64,000 bases of DNA from an uncultured Azospirillum sp. (GTDB lineage Bacteria > Pseudomonadota > Alphaproteobacteria > RF32 > CAG-239), in assembly GCA_900538765.1 (NCBI GenBank), contig UQAB01000004.1, positions 2,350 through 66,349 of the forward strand, given 5' to 3'. This document shows, piece after piece, positions 63,101 to 64,000 of the stretch (positions are counted from its first letter, which is position 1; each line of letters begins with the position of its first letter). The notes beneath the pieces are model-generated. The model did not search any database. It was not told the DNA's origin and saw only the letters and a program-made list of their open reading frames with translations. The position numbers and the translations under genes were made by a program.

Positions 63101-64000
63101 CCGTGTTTGTTTCTCCGCAGGCGAGCGTTTTGACAACGGACGAGGGCAGTTTGACCGATTGGAACATGAACGGTAAGTTTAGTGTCGTTTGGGAAAATTT
63201 GAAAGATATTCCCGGGTTTGCATTTACGATGGCCGGAAGTCTGGCGGCGCCGCAGTTGTCTGTTGATACCGGTGAGCTGGTGAAGAGCTATGATGACAGA
63301 AACGCCCGTTTCGAAGCAGAGCGCAAAGCACAGGAACAGGCGCGGCGCGATGCTCTGAAAAGCGATATGAACGCACAGCAGGAACGCGCCAGAGGGCTTA
63401 AAAAGAAGATAGAGGAAGATGTCGGAAAGCGTCTGGCTGAAACGAATTCCCTGTTGCGCGGCGAAAAGGCCAAAAATAAGTCGGAACAGCTGCAAGGACG
63501 GCTTGACGGCAATATCCAGCAGATAGAAAAAGTTTTTACGCTGGGGTTGACTCCGGAATATGACGAGGCGTTGATTCAAAGCGTCCGGGAAATGAACGAT
63601 GCCGTGGAGGGACAGGTTAACGGCTTTTATGACGAGATTGACGTTATTTATCATGATGATGTCGCCGAACAGATTGATTTTTATTACAATATGTTTGAGG
63701 ACATTTATAAACGGGCTGAAGCGCTGAACGGCGATTACGGCGAGAAGTATAAAAGCTATCCGCAGCGGCTGGTCAAGATTAGCAGCAAGCTGATTTTAGG
63801 AAATGACTGCGATGTTTCCCGGCTTAAGAGCGGCATTGAAAACAATCTGTTGGCGCTGAAAGGCATTCGTTTTGATATAACTAAGAGCTACGGCGTTGTT
63901 AAGGACAGCAACGATACACCGCGTATGGCCGCTTATGCCGCTGAGCTGAGAGATAAGGCGGACAGGGCGAAGACAGAGTTTGAAACCATGCAGGCCAACG
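60166..64000 (+). CDS. AsmA family outer-membrane biogenesis protein, 3' end outside window (>1278 aa)
   Basis: Not in the ORF track because there is no stop in the window. GTG 60166 lies 7 nt after SD AGGAG. Translation MKKVLLIVVSTLVVLVAGLWIYVANIDWNRHKDKISAQLLALTGKKVVFEGPVEMSILPSPYLTASDVKVY is a typical AsmA N-terminus. Frame 1 stays open to nt 64000. AsmA C-terminal-like FAFTMAGSLAAPQLSVD at ~63220-63270. Confidence 0.8.
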   Translation, partial: MKKVLLIVVSTLVVLVAGLWIYVANIDWNRHKDKISAQLLALTGKKVVFEGPVEMSILPSPYLTASDVKVYNESGDYSQKPLAEIKSLIAKVSLGAVFGEEWDVSRLSVVEPEIVIDIADDGSLNWQTEAAPRSFEEQRNTSISLDSATLEKAKVHLIDARNGIDTRLENLNAEVIAENIYGPYRIEGSYMRGDKPEGFAVSLGQFTDNFATTVNLVVNYPSLESYVRFDGSVFLRDRTVTGNIIFESSKIADFLNEMTALDGVDASFNQPLAVTAAVATDKDRIDFSNVVVKYGRTSGAGNVLIPLQQGDGAERRKVEAAFNMTDWDLEPAAKLLLQVVDGYKKSGAAYSPDLGFDLLGDVKALKAYYNNETLRDFALSFDWVGKKVVLQELSGALWADTTFSCNGQFDGTADNPTYDVDVSFETGEFAQLSKWLGYELKQVAPSTYKKAKGTAHILGNLQNMQLSPFELALDNSVAKGEAGFIFGNPVKSMIVLNIDSANFDNYIEKLPQIDADKNLLQRIQARFKQLEALNGLDTRIILSMTLGIYNGLPFENVSSEFSLVNGVLNIGKLDIGSVSGSEVHLSGTIGGFGKSPVFQNLRYSLESNDAAALINTLGLEKEGLKPGMVKKFSAQGVASGNIARANVRTSTKVENLSVVYDGAVDYSGEMPSLNGSLELKNPDFVKFINNLGYSYKPRAFSLGLLQLKAKLAGSREKFSLAEAEMNIGSNRFQGSFDFDRSSGRPQVQTDMKINRFEIERFLPEDAGSASNRPGNFKDAVGAEFIAKPELSKVKINYAPFNEFDLSGSFVFDNLSYRDEKMSNVSFGLAMKEGLISLKDLSMAYNNGMVNGSAQLAAGAEPNLKGKLQLARQSISDGRLSGSKYGLRYGKLDGDVDFTTSAVSFDDMFNNLSGTFRFTISQPVVKGWNLPAIAADLEKRTQSEGVAAFVQDNMQKGEMQFESFGGSLVLNKGQYKLSDAVFVSPQASVLTTDEGSLTDWNMNGKFSVVWENLKDIPGFAFTMAGSLAAPQLSVDTGELVKSYDDRNARFEAERKAQEQARRDALKSDMNAQQERARGLKKKIEEDVGKRLAETNSLLRGEKAKNKSEQLQGRLDGNIQQIEKVFTLGLTPEYDEALIQSVREMNDAVEGQVNGFYDEIDVIYHDDVAEQIDFYYNMFEDIYKRAEALNGDYGEKYKSYPQRLVKISSKLILGNDCDVSRLKSGIENNLLALKGIRFDITKSYGVVKDSNDTPRMAAYAAELRDKADRAKTEFETMQAN

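Overview
The window is a 64-kb chromosomal segment with about 60 protein genes, 2 tRNA genes (Gly-GCC, Ser-CGA), and no rRNA, CRISPR array or intact transposase. Gene content and order suggest a Gram-negative bacterium of moderate G+C, most likely an alphaproteobacterium. The evidence is miaB-phoH-ybeY-lnt with 1-8 nt overlaps, a conserved XRE regulator, metK-trmB-apt, DUF1150, tolB, asmA, groESL, htpG, lepA and typA. This taxonomic call is inference only.

Most of the window is housekeeping: translation GTPases, chaperones, tRNA modification, folD, infA, and a cdd-punA-deoC-deoA-deoB-pgeF nucleoside catabolism operon.

The clearest accessory stretch follows tRNA-Ser (22.8-30.6 kb). It holds a very AT-rich ~2.2-kb islet with a 5'-truncated large serine recombinase remnant, two orphan genes and clustered CAGGGAAT-type repeats. 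Next comes a MerR regulator with textbook 19-bp-spacer operator/promoter architecture. It faces a tightly coupled five-gene operon: DXS-like TPP enzyme, flavodoxin-like protein, membrane metallophosphoesterase, cupin, double-CMD protein.

Other items worth follow-up:
- A BacNav-type channel with a Cav-like TLDGW pore motif and no C-terminal coiled coil.
- A 33-nt duplication of the pepF 3' end bracketing a ~190-bp insert that carries a hairpin plus terminator.
- A ~200-nt structured leader with crossing long-range helices upstream of a Cys-rich secreted protein.
- Non-CIRCE palindromes upstream of groES and htpG.
- A tripartite ABC permease/GldG/DUF4340 fusion.
- A uridyltransferase-only GlmU.
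- A frameshifted CDF transporter.

I did not recognise any canonical defence, toxin-antitoxin or secretion system. All family assignments rest on motif recognition by eye and need HMM or BLAST confirmation.
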